Part shown: positions 14,786 through 23,979 of the stretch, piece by piece
How the letters are laid out: every line of letters starts with the position of its first letter
Position numbering within the stretch: position 1 is the stretch's first letter
Assembly: GCA_016839985.1 (NCBI GenBank)
Contig: JAEOTG010000189.1
Span: forward strand, 1 to 32,931
DNA: 32,931 nt
DNA from: Candidatus Heimdallarchaeota archaeon
GTDB taxonomy: Archaea; Asgardarchaeota; Heimdallarchaeia; Heimdallarchaeales; Heimdallarchaeaceae
Direction of reading: 5' to 3'
The notes under the pieces: model-generated
Told to the model about the DNA's origin: nothing
Seen by the model: the letters and a program-made list of their open reading frames with translations, nothing else
Databases searched by the model: none
Program-made: the position numbers and the translations under genes

Positions 14786-17575
14786 TTATTTAAACCAAGT
14801 ATCAAGCGATTTTTGACCTTCAATCGATTCTTCCCAAGAGATTCCTATAGTATCTATTAGCTGAATTAAAGTGGATTTCAGTAATTCTTTAACTTTAGGA
14901 ATATCTACATCGGTCTTAACAGCTAATTGAATTGGTTTAACAGAGCACTCATTTGATCCTACAATTTTGTCAGATAATTGAATAGGAAGATTTTGAATTT
15001 TAAAGGATTTGGTCTTAATAAAACTAATTACACTACCTATATTCGGTTTTTCACCTTCAGGATAAGCTTGCATCAATTGTATTGCAGCTTGTAAAGGTTG
15101 TGTCCAACTATCATATTGTTCAAGTCTTTTAGAGAGTGTTACACTTATAGCTAAATCTTCTAAATCAAATTCTTTCTTTGATATCTTTCTCATTTGTCCT
15201 TGAATTATTTTTACAATTTTTTTCTTCGCTTCTTCTAGTTCTTCTGACGTTTGTACATCAGATAGAATCACTAAAGCTTCTTCAAAAGGTCTCTTTGCTA
15301 ATATTGGAGTATTTTTTTTCTTTCCCATTAATCCCTTAACAATTGGGGATCCTCTCGTTGTTATACCAAAATAATTCTTCTTTCTATCAGAAAGACCGCA
15401 ATACCTGAAAACATAATCTGTTGAGAGTTCTATTTGAAAAGTATTCATGCTCCATTCTTCTAATTCTTTGATATCTTCAGATCGTGGTTCAAGTACAAAA
15501 ATACTATCTGTGTCTCCATAAAGAACTCGAAGTCCTAGCTTTTCTTCACAATATTGTTTTGTTTTAGATATTGCTTCTCTTGCCAATGCTGCCGTAGATT
15601 CAGCAACTGGGGGGCAATATAAAGCAAAATTGTCGGAGCCAAACACACCATAACTCGCATTAAGTAAAACTTTCAATGAAGATTGTATAACATCACTTAG
15701 ATTTCTTTCATTATCGCTTAGGTTTTTATCTTTTGCTCTGTCTTTAAACCAATATATCCTCATATCTCTGATAAAACCAACCAACATTGAACTAATACCA
15801 GGTATTTGAACACATACCCAATGGTTTGTTTCCGGTATTTTATTAGATTTACATTCTTTATGATTGCAATTTATTGTTTCATATGAAAGATTTCGAGTTT
15901 TAATTATTGAAGGGTAAAGGGATGCAAAATCCAAGACGTGAACATTCCACCAAACTCCTGCTGCTGGTTCTATAACAATAGCTCCTTGATACTTCTTTCC
16001 TTTAATTATAGCTTCTGTTGATGTGTCTCCTTTAAGTTGCAGAATATCAACAGGTCTTGGTATCAAGTACTCCCTAAGACGATGTTCATAGTACATCCAA
16101 TTTTGTATCCAGATACTTACACTTGATCTTGTAAAATCATCAATTGGCATTTTCGTGATTCTTGATAGCATGAAGATGAGTTCCATCGATTGGTTATTAT
16201 TGAAACTAGTTAATTCTATTGTAATTTCAGCATCTCTGGCATTGTATTTGATTAATTCTTCCAACTCTAATTCCCATATCTCTTTTTCATGTTGCATTTT
16301 TTCTTTGCCTAAGAGTGTTTTTCCAAGTTCATCTAATGTAACTTTATCATAAGCTGCACCAAATGCGTAAATTCTCATAGCTGGTTGTCTAAAGAATCGA
16401 TAAAGATCTATATGAATCCCGTGAGCTAGATAAACATCTTGTGACCGAGTTCGAACAAAAGGAATCAATTTTTCATCAATTTTGAGCTTCATTGCTCTAT
16501 TGTCTAAATACAGAAAATCGAAATTATCACCATTAAATGTAATTATTATTGGATATTTTCCAATTTCTTGAAATACTGCAGTTAGTAGATCCTTCTCATT
16601 ATCAAATTCCTTTACTTCTTTTTCAATATGTTCTTTGTTAATTTTCTTTTTTTCCTCATTCAGAACAAATACAACAGTTTTGCCTTTATTATTAGTCATT
16701 CCTACTGAAATGACTTTTTCATCCGCTGCATGAGGATTCGGGATTTTATTTTTTTCACTATGCAATTCAATATCTACTGAACATCGGTTTATGTCAGGTA
16801 TTGAGGCAAAAAAAACAGGCATGTATTGTTCTACTAATTCAATTATCTCTGGTTTTTGATCTTCGAAAATTGTCAGAATCCCTTTTCGTGTTTCCGCAGA
16901 GATTTTTGGTTCTATTCTAACTAGATTACCATCTTTTATGGAATAGCGAAGACCAGGGATTAAGGTTCTATCATAAATATAATTCAAATGATATCTAATA
17001 TTAGCCTCAAAGGAAGGAGAAATTTTCTCTCTGTAGCTATTACTTCTTCCTCCAATCGCTAATGGATTAGTTGCTAAAACTTTTGTTAGAGTAAGTTCTT
17101 TTTCTCCCAGAAGGCTTTTTTTCTTTACAATTTCACATCCTACAAATTCCTTTTGATTAGCTAAAAAACTTTCCACATCAGCTTTTTTCATCGTTGTAAG
17201 TAGATATGGTAGATGATTTGTATTATCATACCATCTGTAGATTTTTCCATCTTCAGGATTGAACAATTTCACATAAGCTTTTTCTTTTTTACCATCATAC
17301 TTCACATCAATCAAATAAGAAGGAGAAAGATTTTTTGGTGCGAGTATAACATACTCACTCCCCTTTTCTTCATCGCTTTTATCTTTGATATTTTGTTGTT
17401 TTATTGGTTTTTTATTTATGTTAGATGTAGGTTTGTTCTCTGAAGTAATTTCTTCATCTTTTAATGAGTTGTGAGTCGCTTCCTTTTCTTCATCATTTTC
17501 CTCATTTTCTTGAAAATAACTAGCTAGATCTCGATTGATACTAGTTTTATTGTTATTTTCTTCCATTTCTTTCAC
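14786..17575 (-). CDS. polB: DNA polymerase, family B
   Basis: Exo I VDIEL, Exo II FNGDNFDFLYL, Exo III YNARDAEIT, Pol A LDFASLYPSII, Pol B KVLLNASYGVFG, Pol C LYGDTDSIFV. N-terminal ~75 aa are a low-complexity Lys/Glu/Asn-rich extension. The track start 17575 is GTG and ATG 17566 is an alternative. TTTATAAA at 17596-17603 is ~25 nt upstream of 17575. The motifs are contiguous, so there is no intein. Confidence 0.92.
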   Translation of the reverse strand: MKEMEENNNKTSINRDLASYFQENEENDEEKEATHNSLKDEEITSENKPTSNINKKPIKQQNIKDKSDEEKGSEYVILAPKNLSPSYLIDVKYDGKKEKAYVKLFNPEDGKIYRWYDNTNHLPYLLTTMKKADVESFLANQKEFVGCEIVKKKSLLGEKELTLTKVLATNPLAIGGRSNSYREKISPSFEANIRYHLNYIYDRTLIPGLRYSIKDGNLVRIEPKISAETRKGILTIFEDQKPEIIELVEQYMPVFFASIPDINRCSVDIELHSEKNKIPNPHAADEKVISVGMTNNKGKTVVFVLNEEKKKINKEHIEKEVKEFDNEKDLLTAVFQEIGKYPIIITFNGDNFDFLYLDNRAMKLKIDEKLIPFVRTRSQDVYLAHGIHIDLYRFFRQPAMRIYAFGAAYDKVTLDELGKTLLGKEKMQHEKEIWELELEELIKYNARDAEITIELTSFNNNQSMELIFMLSRITKMPIDDFTRSSVSIWIQNWMYYEHRLREYLIPRPVDILQLKGDTSTEAIIKGKKYQGAIVIEPAAGVWWNVHVLDFASLYPSIIKTRNLSYETINCNHKECKSNKIPETNHWVCVQIPGISSMLVGFIRDMRIYWFKDRAKDKNLSDNERNLSDVIQSSLKVLLNASYGVFGSDNFALYCPPVAESTAALAREAISKTKQYCEEKLGLRVLYGDTDSIFVLEPRSEDIKELEEWSMNTFQIELSTDYVFRYCGLSDRKKNYFGITTRGSPIVKGLMGKKKNTPILAKRPFEEALVILSDVQTSEELEEAKKKIVKIIQGQMRKISKKEFDLEDLAISVTLSKRLEQYDSWTQPLQAAIQLMQAYPEGEKPNIGSVISFIKTKSFKIQNLPIQLSDKIVGSNECSVKPIQLAVKTDVDIPKVKELLKSTLIQLIDTIGISWEESIEGQKSLDTWFK

Positions 17576-17595
17576 ATCTAGTAGATTGTTTTAGT

Positions 17596-17603
17596 TTTAT
17601 AAA
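17596..17603 (-). promoter_or_regulatory. TATA box (TTTATAAA) of polB
   Basis: Palindromic TATA ~25 nt upstream of GTG 17575 (34 nt upstream of ATG 17566). Confidence 0.35.
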
Positions 17604-17710
17604 TCTGTTCAGTGATATCTATAAAATACTATGTTATTGTCCGTGATGTACTTACATCGAATAATATTAAAATATTTCATTAGAATAGTTTAGTATTGAC
17701 TTTGCAATAG

Positions 17711-17719
17711 TTTTATTTA
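17711..17719 (+). promoter_or_regulatory. TATA-like box (TTTTATTTA) of the PPC/DUF296 gene
   Basis: Centred ~26 nt upstream of ATG 17741 (leaderless configuration). Confidence 0.3.
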
Positions 17720-17740
17720 GTGTTTAATTTCGATTTATCT

Positions 17741-18175
17741 ATGAAATCTTTTCGCGATAATATAAAACAAATTCATTTCCTTAAATTAGAAAAAGGGGAA
17801 GATATACTAGAAAGCATAATCAGTTATTGCAAAGAAGTAAATATCAATTCTGGAGCTATTGTTGGCATAGGTGCTGTGAAAAAAGCTTCACTTGGTTATT
17901 ACGATCTCAAATCTAAATCCTATCTTACAAATGATTTTGATTTTAATGCTGAAATCATCAATTGTATAGGTAACATCGCAATTAATGAACAAACAAAAGA
18001 ATACATTGCACATATTCATATGACTATTGGTGATGATAAAGGAAGAACATATGGGGGACATCTTTTGCCAAATAATCCTATTAGCGTGACAGGGGAATTT
18101 ATTATATTTGAAACTACTACAAAGCTTTCTAGAAAAATTGAAAATGAATTTCAGCTGCTACTTCTTGATTTATAA
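17741..18175 (+). CDS. PPC/DUF296 domain protein (plants-and-prokaryotes-conserved, putative DNA-binding)
   Basis: GIGAVKKASLGYYD...FNAEIINCIGNIA...AHIHMTIGDDKGRTYGGHLL...VTGEFIIFE follows the DUF296 pattern (G.G.l..v.l........e.EilsL.Gni.....H.H..l......GGHL......EV.i). I prefer ATG 17741 (TTTTATTTA at 17711-17719, ~26 nt upstream) over the track's GTG 17720. Confidence 0.7.
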   Translation: MKSFRDNIKQIHFLKLEKGEDILESIISYCKEVNINSGAIVGIGAVKKASLGYYDLKSKSYLTNDFDFNAEIINCIGNIAINEQTKEYIAHIHMTIGDDKGRTYGGHLLPNNPISVTGEFIIFETTTKLSRKIENEFQLLLLDL

Positions 18176-18271
18176 CTCCTTCCTTTAAAATCAACAATCT
18201 GTTTAGATATTAACCTCTAACAAACTTTTAATAATGTGATATGAGTTTATCATATTGAAAAAAACTTCACA

Positions 18272-19285
18272 GTGGTTGCATTGTCAGATATAATTCAAGA
18301 AATACTAGAAAGTGGAGCAATATTAGTTGTTAATCCAATGATTTTAGAAACAGACCCTGATGATTTCCTAGAACATTATGGTCACATTGTAGATACAATA
18401 GCCTTAGTTGCAAAAGGAAGGTCAGGATACACATTTTATCAAAGCAATAGCGCTCCTCAAGCTCCAAATAATGGTGTATTTTTCCACTCATTTTGTACTA
18501 TAGGCGACAATATGGGCATTAAAATAGATGCTTTTCTTTATGTTCATGGAGATAATTTTTTATCTCAAAATACTGACTTCAGAGTAGTAAATAGTGAAGG
18601 AGCAACTATTTCCTCATATGCTTGTCCAAGTCAAGAAAATTTAAGCAAATATATAGCTTCTATTGCCTCTGAAATAGCTCAATACCCTATAACTTCATTA
18701 GTTCTTGATGATTTAATGTTGCCAAATAAAAGAGCTTGTTTCTGTGATAGATGCAGAAGAATTTTTGCAGGCAAATGGAATGTAGAAAGAGATTTTAGTT
18801 TTGAATTTCTCGAATCCAGAGATTTATTAGTAGATTGGTACGATTATAGATCAACCTATATTAATCAAACATTAAGAGAAATAACTGACACAATAAAGAG
18901 CCAAAAAAATATTGATTTAGCAGTTGTAGTTAAAGCTGATAAAGAAACTGAATCTTTATCTGGCTCTCCAGAGCATTTTGGTCAAAATCTAGGGGAATTG
19001 GCAAAGATAACTAACAATTTGATAATTCATGTTAACCCATGGAGTGAAAGTTTTCCTGCGGTAAACAGTCCAGAATATAAACAAATACTCAACACTCTAT
19101 CTTTGATTGAAGAGTATTCAGGTTCTGGCTTGAAACCTTCGCTTTATTTCTGGAATATAAACTCTACAGAGAAATTAAATTTAACAATCAAGCTTAGAGA
19201 TGAGATCAATGCTGAAAACTTGTTTATAGAACCTTCCCTTCCACACGATTTTACAAAAAGAAGAACAATAAATCTTGGGTTTTAA
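18272..19285 (+). CDS. hypothetical protein; possibly a TIM-barrel glycoside-hydrolase-like (GHL/UPF0748-type) protein with a CFCxxC motif
   Basis: ACPSQENLSKYIASIASEIAQYPITSLVLDDLMLPNKRACFCDRCRRIF resembles by eye the cP..p.vr.y......E.....DGi.lDd..yp...C.C..C...F segment of GHL-type proteins. GTG start. The family assignment is weak. Confidence 0.5.
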   Translation: MVALSDIIQEILESGAILVVNPMILETDPDDFLEHYGHIVDTIALVAKGRSGYTFYQSNSAPQAPNNGVFFHSFCTIGDNMGIKIDAFLYVHGDNFLSQNTDFRVVNSEGATISSYACPSQENLSKYIASIASEIAQYPITSLVLDDLMLPNKRACFCDRCRRIFAGKWNVERDFSFEFLESRDLLVDWYDYRSTYINQTLREITDTIKSQKNIDLAVVVKADKETESLSGSPEHFGQNLGELAKITNNLIIHVNPWSESFPAVNSPEYKQILNTLSLIEEYSGSGLKPSLYFWNINSTEKLNLTIKLRDEINAENLFIEPSLPHDFTKRRTINLGF

Positions 19286-19287
19286 AA

Positions 19288-20604
19288 ATGAGTCTTGAAA
19301 AAGCTATTGAAGAAATTAAGAAAATGTTTTGGGGTGTTTTAAAGGGAAAATTCAACCCAGATGAAGAGGAGGAAGTGAAAGCCCATCTTATTACCAATTT
19401 AGCAACACTCACATCTTATGCAAAAACCTGCTTACCTCCTGAACAACAAGAAGAATATGAAAATCATTTCAAAAAAGCAAAAGATGCACTACTTAAATTT
19501 GATAGTGCTGGTCCTTGGTTTAGAGAACTTCCAGAAATGATAGATACGGTTTATAATATTATTACACATGCTAATATGCTTCAGATTGAGTATCATCGCT
19601 TCAGTGGAGAAGGAGATGACGCAGTACAGTTCTTTCAATCAAAGCTCGAAACTATAGAAATGAATGTCGCTTCCTTAAATGAAGATTTAAAGAAAATAAA
19701 AATACAGATGGAAACCATTCTGCAACTTCAAGGACAAAAGGTACAAGAACCATTAGATAAGGAAACACCACCTCAAGTTGAGATTTCTGATGATATAGAA
19801 CCAGAAAATGAAGATGAAGAGGAACTAGAAGAAGTATTAGAAGAAGAGAAAGTGCCTGAAGAACCAGATATAGAGGAACCGGAAGAGGAGAAAGAAGTAG
19901 AAATAACTGTAGATACTAAAGAGTTAATTGAAGGAATAGAACTTGCATCACAATATGAATTTGAGCAAGAACCTTTCATGCAAACCATTGAATCAGAACA
20001 AGAATCTCTTAAGAAGCTAGCCAATTTGTTATCAGCTTTAGATCCAGGTGATGATACTGTTATATCACCTCTAACAGAAAAATTGATGGCTATCGGAGAA
20101 GAAGATGAAATAACAATATCTGAAGAACCAGCAGTTATTGAAGAAGGTTTAAGCGATGTTGAATTAGAAGAAGTTCAAGAATTTCATAGATCTGTTTCTA
20201 GAGTGGGTAAAGTTCTCTCTACACCTCAATATGAAGAGGATGCTGCTAAATTCGTTTCATCTATCAAAGAAACAATTGCCCATGTATCACAAGAAAAGGA
20301 TTTGGAAGCTGGAGAAAAATCTGCATTAACAAAAATAATAGAAGAAGAGACAGGAGAATTGGAGAAAGCTCCTGTTCAAACAGATGATATTCAAAACATA
20401 ATCAAGCATCTAGAATCCAAAAGACAAAAAGCAGTTGAAAGAATTCAACAACTTGAACAAGCTTTGAATTCTGAGAAAATTGACGAAGAGGAATGGCAAG
20501 AACTTAGAATAAAAGCTGAGCGTCATATGTTGCGTGTTGAAGACACTTTAGATGGATATAAAAGATATCTAGAAAAATTGCAGAGTCAAGATATAGGTAG
20601 TTGA
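19288..20604 (+). CDS. highly acidic coiled-coil protein, unknown function
   Basis: 438 aa, very Glu/Asp-rich (e.g. DDIEPENEDEEELEEVLEEEKVPEEPDIEEPEEEKE) with helical N- and C-terminal segments. It starts 2 nt after the preceding stop, which suggests translational coupling. Confidence 0.6.
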   Translation: MSLEKAIEEIKKMFWGVLKGKFNPDEEEEVKAHLITNLATLTSYAKTCLPPEQQEEYENHFKKAKDALLKFDSAGPWFRELPEMIDTVYNIITHANMLQIEYHRFSGEGDDAVQFFQSKLETIEMNVASLNEDLKKIKIQMETILQLQGQKVQEPLDKETPPQVEISDDIEPENEDEEELEEVLEEEKVPEEPDIEEPEEEKEVEITVDTKELIEGIELASQYEFEQEPFMQTIESEQESLKKLANLLSALDPGDDTVISPLTEKLMAIGEEDEITISEEPAVIEEGLSDVELEEVQEFHRSVSRVGKVLSTPQYEEDAAKFVSSIKETIAHVSQEKDLEAGEKSALTKIIEEETGELEKAPVQTDDIQNIIKHLESKRQKAVERIQQLEQALNSEKIDEEEWQELRIKAERHMLRVEDTLDGYKRYLEKLQSQDIGS

Positions 20605-20615
20605 ATAGATGACCT

Positions 20616-21041
20616 ATGACACACCAAGTACATTTCTATTATGGTGATAGATTAAGAGCGTTTCATGCGGGATTAGGGATAATTATAAGAGCACTAGGTC
20701 ATTCAATTAAATCGGAAATCCTTTTCTTAGATGAATCTTATGCGTGGGTTGAGGACATTATTTCTCTGAAAGAGATTTCAGTAAAGATTATCTCAATTGA
20801 TGATCATCCAAAAGTTCAAGACTTCTTACTTAAAGAATTTGATAAGATTGAAGACACAATCCTTCTTATAGCTAATATTGATTTGATTGTTCAACACCAA
20901 GTATTAGAAATGAAAGAGTTGATTCATTTACTAAGTAGAACAAAGAAACAAAATGAAGTAATACTAACAAGTGAAGCAAAATACATAGAATTTGAGGAAA
21001 TTGCTGATTATGTAAGTTTTATATCAGTTAGAAAAATGTAA
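20616..21041 (+). CDS. hypothetical protein; possible P-loop-less degenerate paralogue of the CobO-like protein at 10584-11093
   Basis: By-eye colinearity with the CobO-like ORF: VHFYYGDRLRAFHAGLGIIIRALGHSIKSEILFL vs ITLISGEGKGKTSSAFGYLLTQLNKGKDVVIVQFL; TILLIANIDLIVQHQVLEMKELIHLL vs DILLLDELSVALSYDLIKWEEIQQFF; EVILTSEAKYIEFEEIADYV vs EIIITGRNIPLYIEEEVNTL. The Walker A GKGKT and the DE are lost. Confidence 0.5.
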   Translation: MTHQVHFYYGDRLRAFHAGLGIIIRALGHSIKSEILFLDESYAWVEDIISLKEISVKIISIDDHPKVQDFLLKEFDKIEDTILLIANIDLIVQHQVLEMKELIHLLSRTKKQNEVILTSEAKYIEFEEIADYVSFISVRKM

Positions 21042-21821
21042 ATCAACCGCAAAATGACCTATTCTTGGTGCAATCCATCTGATAAATCGTATTATTTTAA
21101 TTGTGAAATCACATATAATTTTATTGTTTCTTAAAATGTGATGGATTTTTTCTTCAACATCTTCTTTTCTTATTTGTTTGGTTTGAACATGGTTTGTTAT
21201 TTGCCAATGTATAACTCCTGATTTTTCCTTGAGTGATTCGTAAGCTACTGGCAATGATTTCTCTGCTTCTAGAGGGAGAGGAAGCAAAACTCTATTTATT
21301 TTGTTGTAGAACAACTTTGGGACTATAACAAATGCGTCCCCTGAATAAGGATAAATATTATCCTGGCATTTATTCAGAACAATGTTTTTGCACAAATAAT
21401 TATATGCTATATCATTAATTTCGATACAATGAATCTTGCAAGTTTGCTGTTTTGTTGAGATAGCTACATCAAACGGTCCAACTCCTGCAAAAAAGTTGAG
21501 TATTGTCTCCCTCTCTTTAACTAAATTAGCTATTCTCTGCCTTTCATAACTAAGTTTTGGTGAAAAAAAAGTGTGAATAGGATTTAGTAAAAAACCATTT
21601 CCATGCTCTCTGTAGGTTGTTTCAAACTCCTCTTCTCCTAATAAAAACTTTAGTTCTCTTTTTCTTTCTTTTCCATATATTTTTGATATCTGGACTAGAA
21701 CTGTTCTAATGTAAGGGTGTTTTTGCATTTTTTTTCTAGCAAAATCTTCCAATACTTTTGTATCTTCTCTTTCTCTTAAAATCATAATGTGTCCAATAAT
21801 CTCAAATGGAATGCTTTTCAT
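21024..21821 (-). CDS. SAM-dependent tRNA modification enzyme, Met-10+/Trm5-TYW2 (Taw2) family
   Basis: FEIIGHIMIL (start of the Trm5 D2 domain), FSPKLSYERQRIANLV, SAM motif NFFAGVGPFDVAIS, IEINDIAYNYLCKNIVLNK, SGDAF. Its short length (265 aa, no D1 domain) fits Taw2/Trm5b-like proteins better than full-length Trm5. The NLP motif reads LPLP. Confidence 0.7.
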   Translation of the reverse strand: MKSIPFEIIGHIMILREREDTKVLEDFARKKMQKHPYIRTVLVQISKIYGKERKRELKFLLGEEEFETTYREHGNGFLLNPIHTFFSPKLSYERQRIANLVKERETILNFFAGVGPFDVAISTKQQTCKIHCIEINDIAYNYLCKNIVLNKCQDNIYPYSGDAFVIVPKLFYNKINRVLLPLPLEAEKSLPVAYESLKEKSGVIHWQITNHVQTKQIRKEDVEEKIHHILRNNKIICDFTIKIIRFIRWIAPRIGHFAVDLHFSN

Positions 21822-21837
21822 TTAAACCAATTTCAGT

Positions 21838-23979
21838 TTATTTTATTTCACGAATTGCAGGCCCCTTATACACAGCTTTATCAAACGCTAACCTTCGCAT
21901 TGGAGATTGTGTAGTTACCTCTTCATAGTAGTGTGCTCCTAATCCCGCTATTCTTCCAAAAACAAATACTGCTTTAGCTAATTTTGGATTTATATTCATA
22001 TCAGCAATAATTGCCCCAATTACTCCATCAACATTGATAGGAAGATTCATACCTCTTACCCTAAAGAAAACATCACTCACTAATTTTGAAACAGTAACAC
22101 ATTCTTTTGCATAACCTGCTTTTTCAGCGAGATTCCAAAGAACATCCCTTCTTGGATCTCGAGTGTGGATGCGGTGACCTAGTCCTTCTATACGTTTACC
22201 TGTTTTTATAATATCTCGCATTATTCTAAAAGTTGCTTCTTCTAAATCAATACTACTTTCATTTGCTTTATCCACAACAGATAAGAAAAATTCTGCTGCT
22301 TTCTGTCCAGCACCACCGTGAACATCTGTTATTGCTTGAATTCCTGCAGATAATGCTACCTCGAAGGATACACGAGTAGAAGCAAGAATTAAAGTTGCTT
22401 GAGCAGATGGTGGCGTAACACCATGATCCACACAAGCTGTAATTATAGCTTCAAGTAATCTAGTTTTTTGTTTTTCTTGTTTTTCTTCACCAACTAAACC
22501 TAGATAGATCATATCTGCAAAGGAAATGTTATCTATAGAAACTTGATTCAAGACATCTAGATTATTAAAAATAGTTGCTAGATATCTTAAAGCCCTTCCT
22601 AAGCTAAAAGCGATAATAGCTGATTCTTCAGTAGTTCTATTCATAAATTCTGATATACTCGAATCTAGAAGTAAACAAGTACCGATTATTTTAGATACAT
22701 CAGTGTTTGGTGATATCTCTAAACTTTCTGAAAATTCCTCTTTCGCAGCTTCTTTTGCGATTTTTTCAAGATCCTTTATTTTTTCTAAATTTGGAAACTC
22801 ACCAGTAACTAAAAGATGAGCAGTTTCTAATAATCCTTTATTGGCAATAACTTCCTGAAGAGGATATCCTCTTATCAATAAGTTATTTGGCATCACATTA
22901 GTTACAAGTGTACCCCAAGTAGGTTCTGGTGGCTTAGCATTCCATTTTTCTTTCATTTTCTTATAATAATCCTCAATTTCAAAATATAATTTGTTTAATT
23001 TTGATTTCACTACATCGATTAAGTCTCTTTGGTGATTTACAACTATTACTCCTGCTTTCTCCAGAATCTCTTTTTTTGAATTATATGTACCATATGTTTG
23101 ACCTGGTGCAATTACAGCCCCTGCGTGTCCCATCGTTTTCCCTTCTGGAGCATTTGCTCCCGAAATCATTGCAACCAATGGTTTAGGATATTTTTCAGGA
23201 TGAGAAATCATATCTTGCGCAAGTATTTCTTCTTGCATCCCTCCTATCTCTCCAGCGATAACAACTAAGTCGGTATGTTCAAAGTTCATCACCAATGTGA
23301 CTAAATCAATGAACCTAGACCCAATAGCACCATCTCCTCCAACTCCTAATACTCCATTTTGGGAGATACCTTCACTTGCTAAAGCATCAGACAAGTGATA
23401 AAGAATTGCACCACTTCTTGATAATATGGTGACACCTTTAGGACCTATAATTTCATCAACTTGTTGAGCTTGAAAAATATCAGGAAGCATTCCCACTTTA
23501 ATGCTTTCAGGTGGAAAAATTATTCCTGGAGTATTCCCTCCAAACAAAATTGTTTTGTGTTTTCTAGCTTCCACCAAAATATCTCTAACATCTCTTAAGG
23601 GAATAAATTCTGATATAAGAACAACTATTGGTATTCCAGCTTTGATTACTTCAATAGTTGAATCTTTTGCTGTAGAGTAGTGTTTCCAAATACTAGCTAC
23701 TGCAATATTTGGATGGTTTTCGACTGCTTCAGCTGCGGTTTCATATATAGGAATAGTTTCATGTACCCTTGTTCCTCCTCTTCCTGGGGCTATACCACAT
23801 GTAACATTTGTCCCATATTCCATCATGAGTTGTGCATGTCTTGTTCCTTGTCTTCCAAGACCAACAATCATCGTTTCGATTGTTTTGGATTTCGATATTT
23901 TTTCCGCTAGATCCGGTCGAACTTGTTTAATTAGATAATATAACAATCCTTGGTCAGCTGATAATTTTTCGGTACTCAT
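21838..23979 (-). CDS. aclA: ATP-citrate lyase-type alpha subunit: SucD-like CoA-ligase domain fused to a citrate-synthase/citryl-CoA-lyase-like domain
   Basis: N-terminal half: GLGRQGTRH, SRSGAILY, phosphohistidine loop KTMGHAGAVIA. C-terminal ~370 aa: LIRGYPLQEV, CVDHGVTPPS, VHGGAG, GLGHRIHTRDPR, INVDG, RIAGLGAHYYEE (citrate-synthase fold with His/His/Asp catalytic positions). The start abuts the stop of the preceding ATP-grasp subunit. Confidence 0.75.
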   Translation of the reverse strand: MSTEKLSADQGLLYYLIKQVRPDLAEKISKSKTIETMIVGLGRQGTRHAQLMMEYGTNVTCGIAPGRGGTRVHETIPIYETAAEAVENHPNIAVASIWKHYSTAKDSTIEVIKAGIPIVVLISEFIPLRDVRDILVEARKHKTILFGGNTPGIIFPPESIKVGMLPDIFQAQQVDEIIGPKGVTILSRSGAILYHLSDALASEGISQNGVLGVGGDGAIGSRFIDLVTLVMNFEHTDLVVIAGEIGGMQEEILAQDMISHPEKYPKPLVAMISGANAPEGKTMGHAGAVIAPGQTYGTYNSKKEILEKAGVIVVNHQRDLIDVVKSKLNKLYFEIEDYYKKMKEKWNAKPPEPTWGTLVTNVMPNNLLIRGYPLQEVIANKGLLETAHLLVTGEFPNLEKIKDLEKIAKEAAKEEFSESLEISPNTDVSKIIGTCLLLDSSISEFMNRTTEESAIIAFSLGRALRYLATIFNNLDVLNQVSIDNISFADMIYLGLVGEEKQEKQKTRLLEAIITACVDHGVTPPSAQATLILASTRVSFEVALSAGIQAITDVHGGAGQKAAEFFLSVVDKANESSIDLEEATFRIMRDIIKTGKRIEGLGHRIHTRDPRRDVLWNLAEKAGYAKECVTVSKLVSDVFFRVRGMNLPINVDGVIGAIIADMNINPKLAKAVFVFGRIAGLGAHYYEEVTTQSPMRRLAFDKAVYKGPAIREIK

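Noticed and set aside
16155-17443. Two plus-strand ORFs (16155..16352, 17213..17443) inside polB, and the possibility of an intein in polB
   Set aside because: Both are antisense shadows. The PolB motifs (Exo I-III, Pol A-C) are contiguous at normal spacing with no Cys/Ser...His-Asn splicing block, so there is no intein.
19773-20024. 83-aa Ser-rich minus-strand ORF
   Set aside because: Antisense to the GAA/GAG-rich acidic tract of the 19288..20604 gene (Glu codons read as Ser/Phe on the opposite strand).
21024-21041. 18-nt overlap of the convergent 3' ends of the 20616..21041 ORF and the Trm5/Taw2-like gene
   Set aside because: Short convergent overlaps are common in compact archaeal genomes. 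I infer no regulatory meaning from it.
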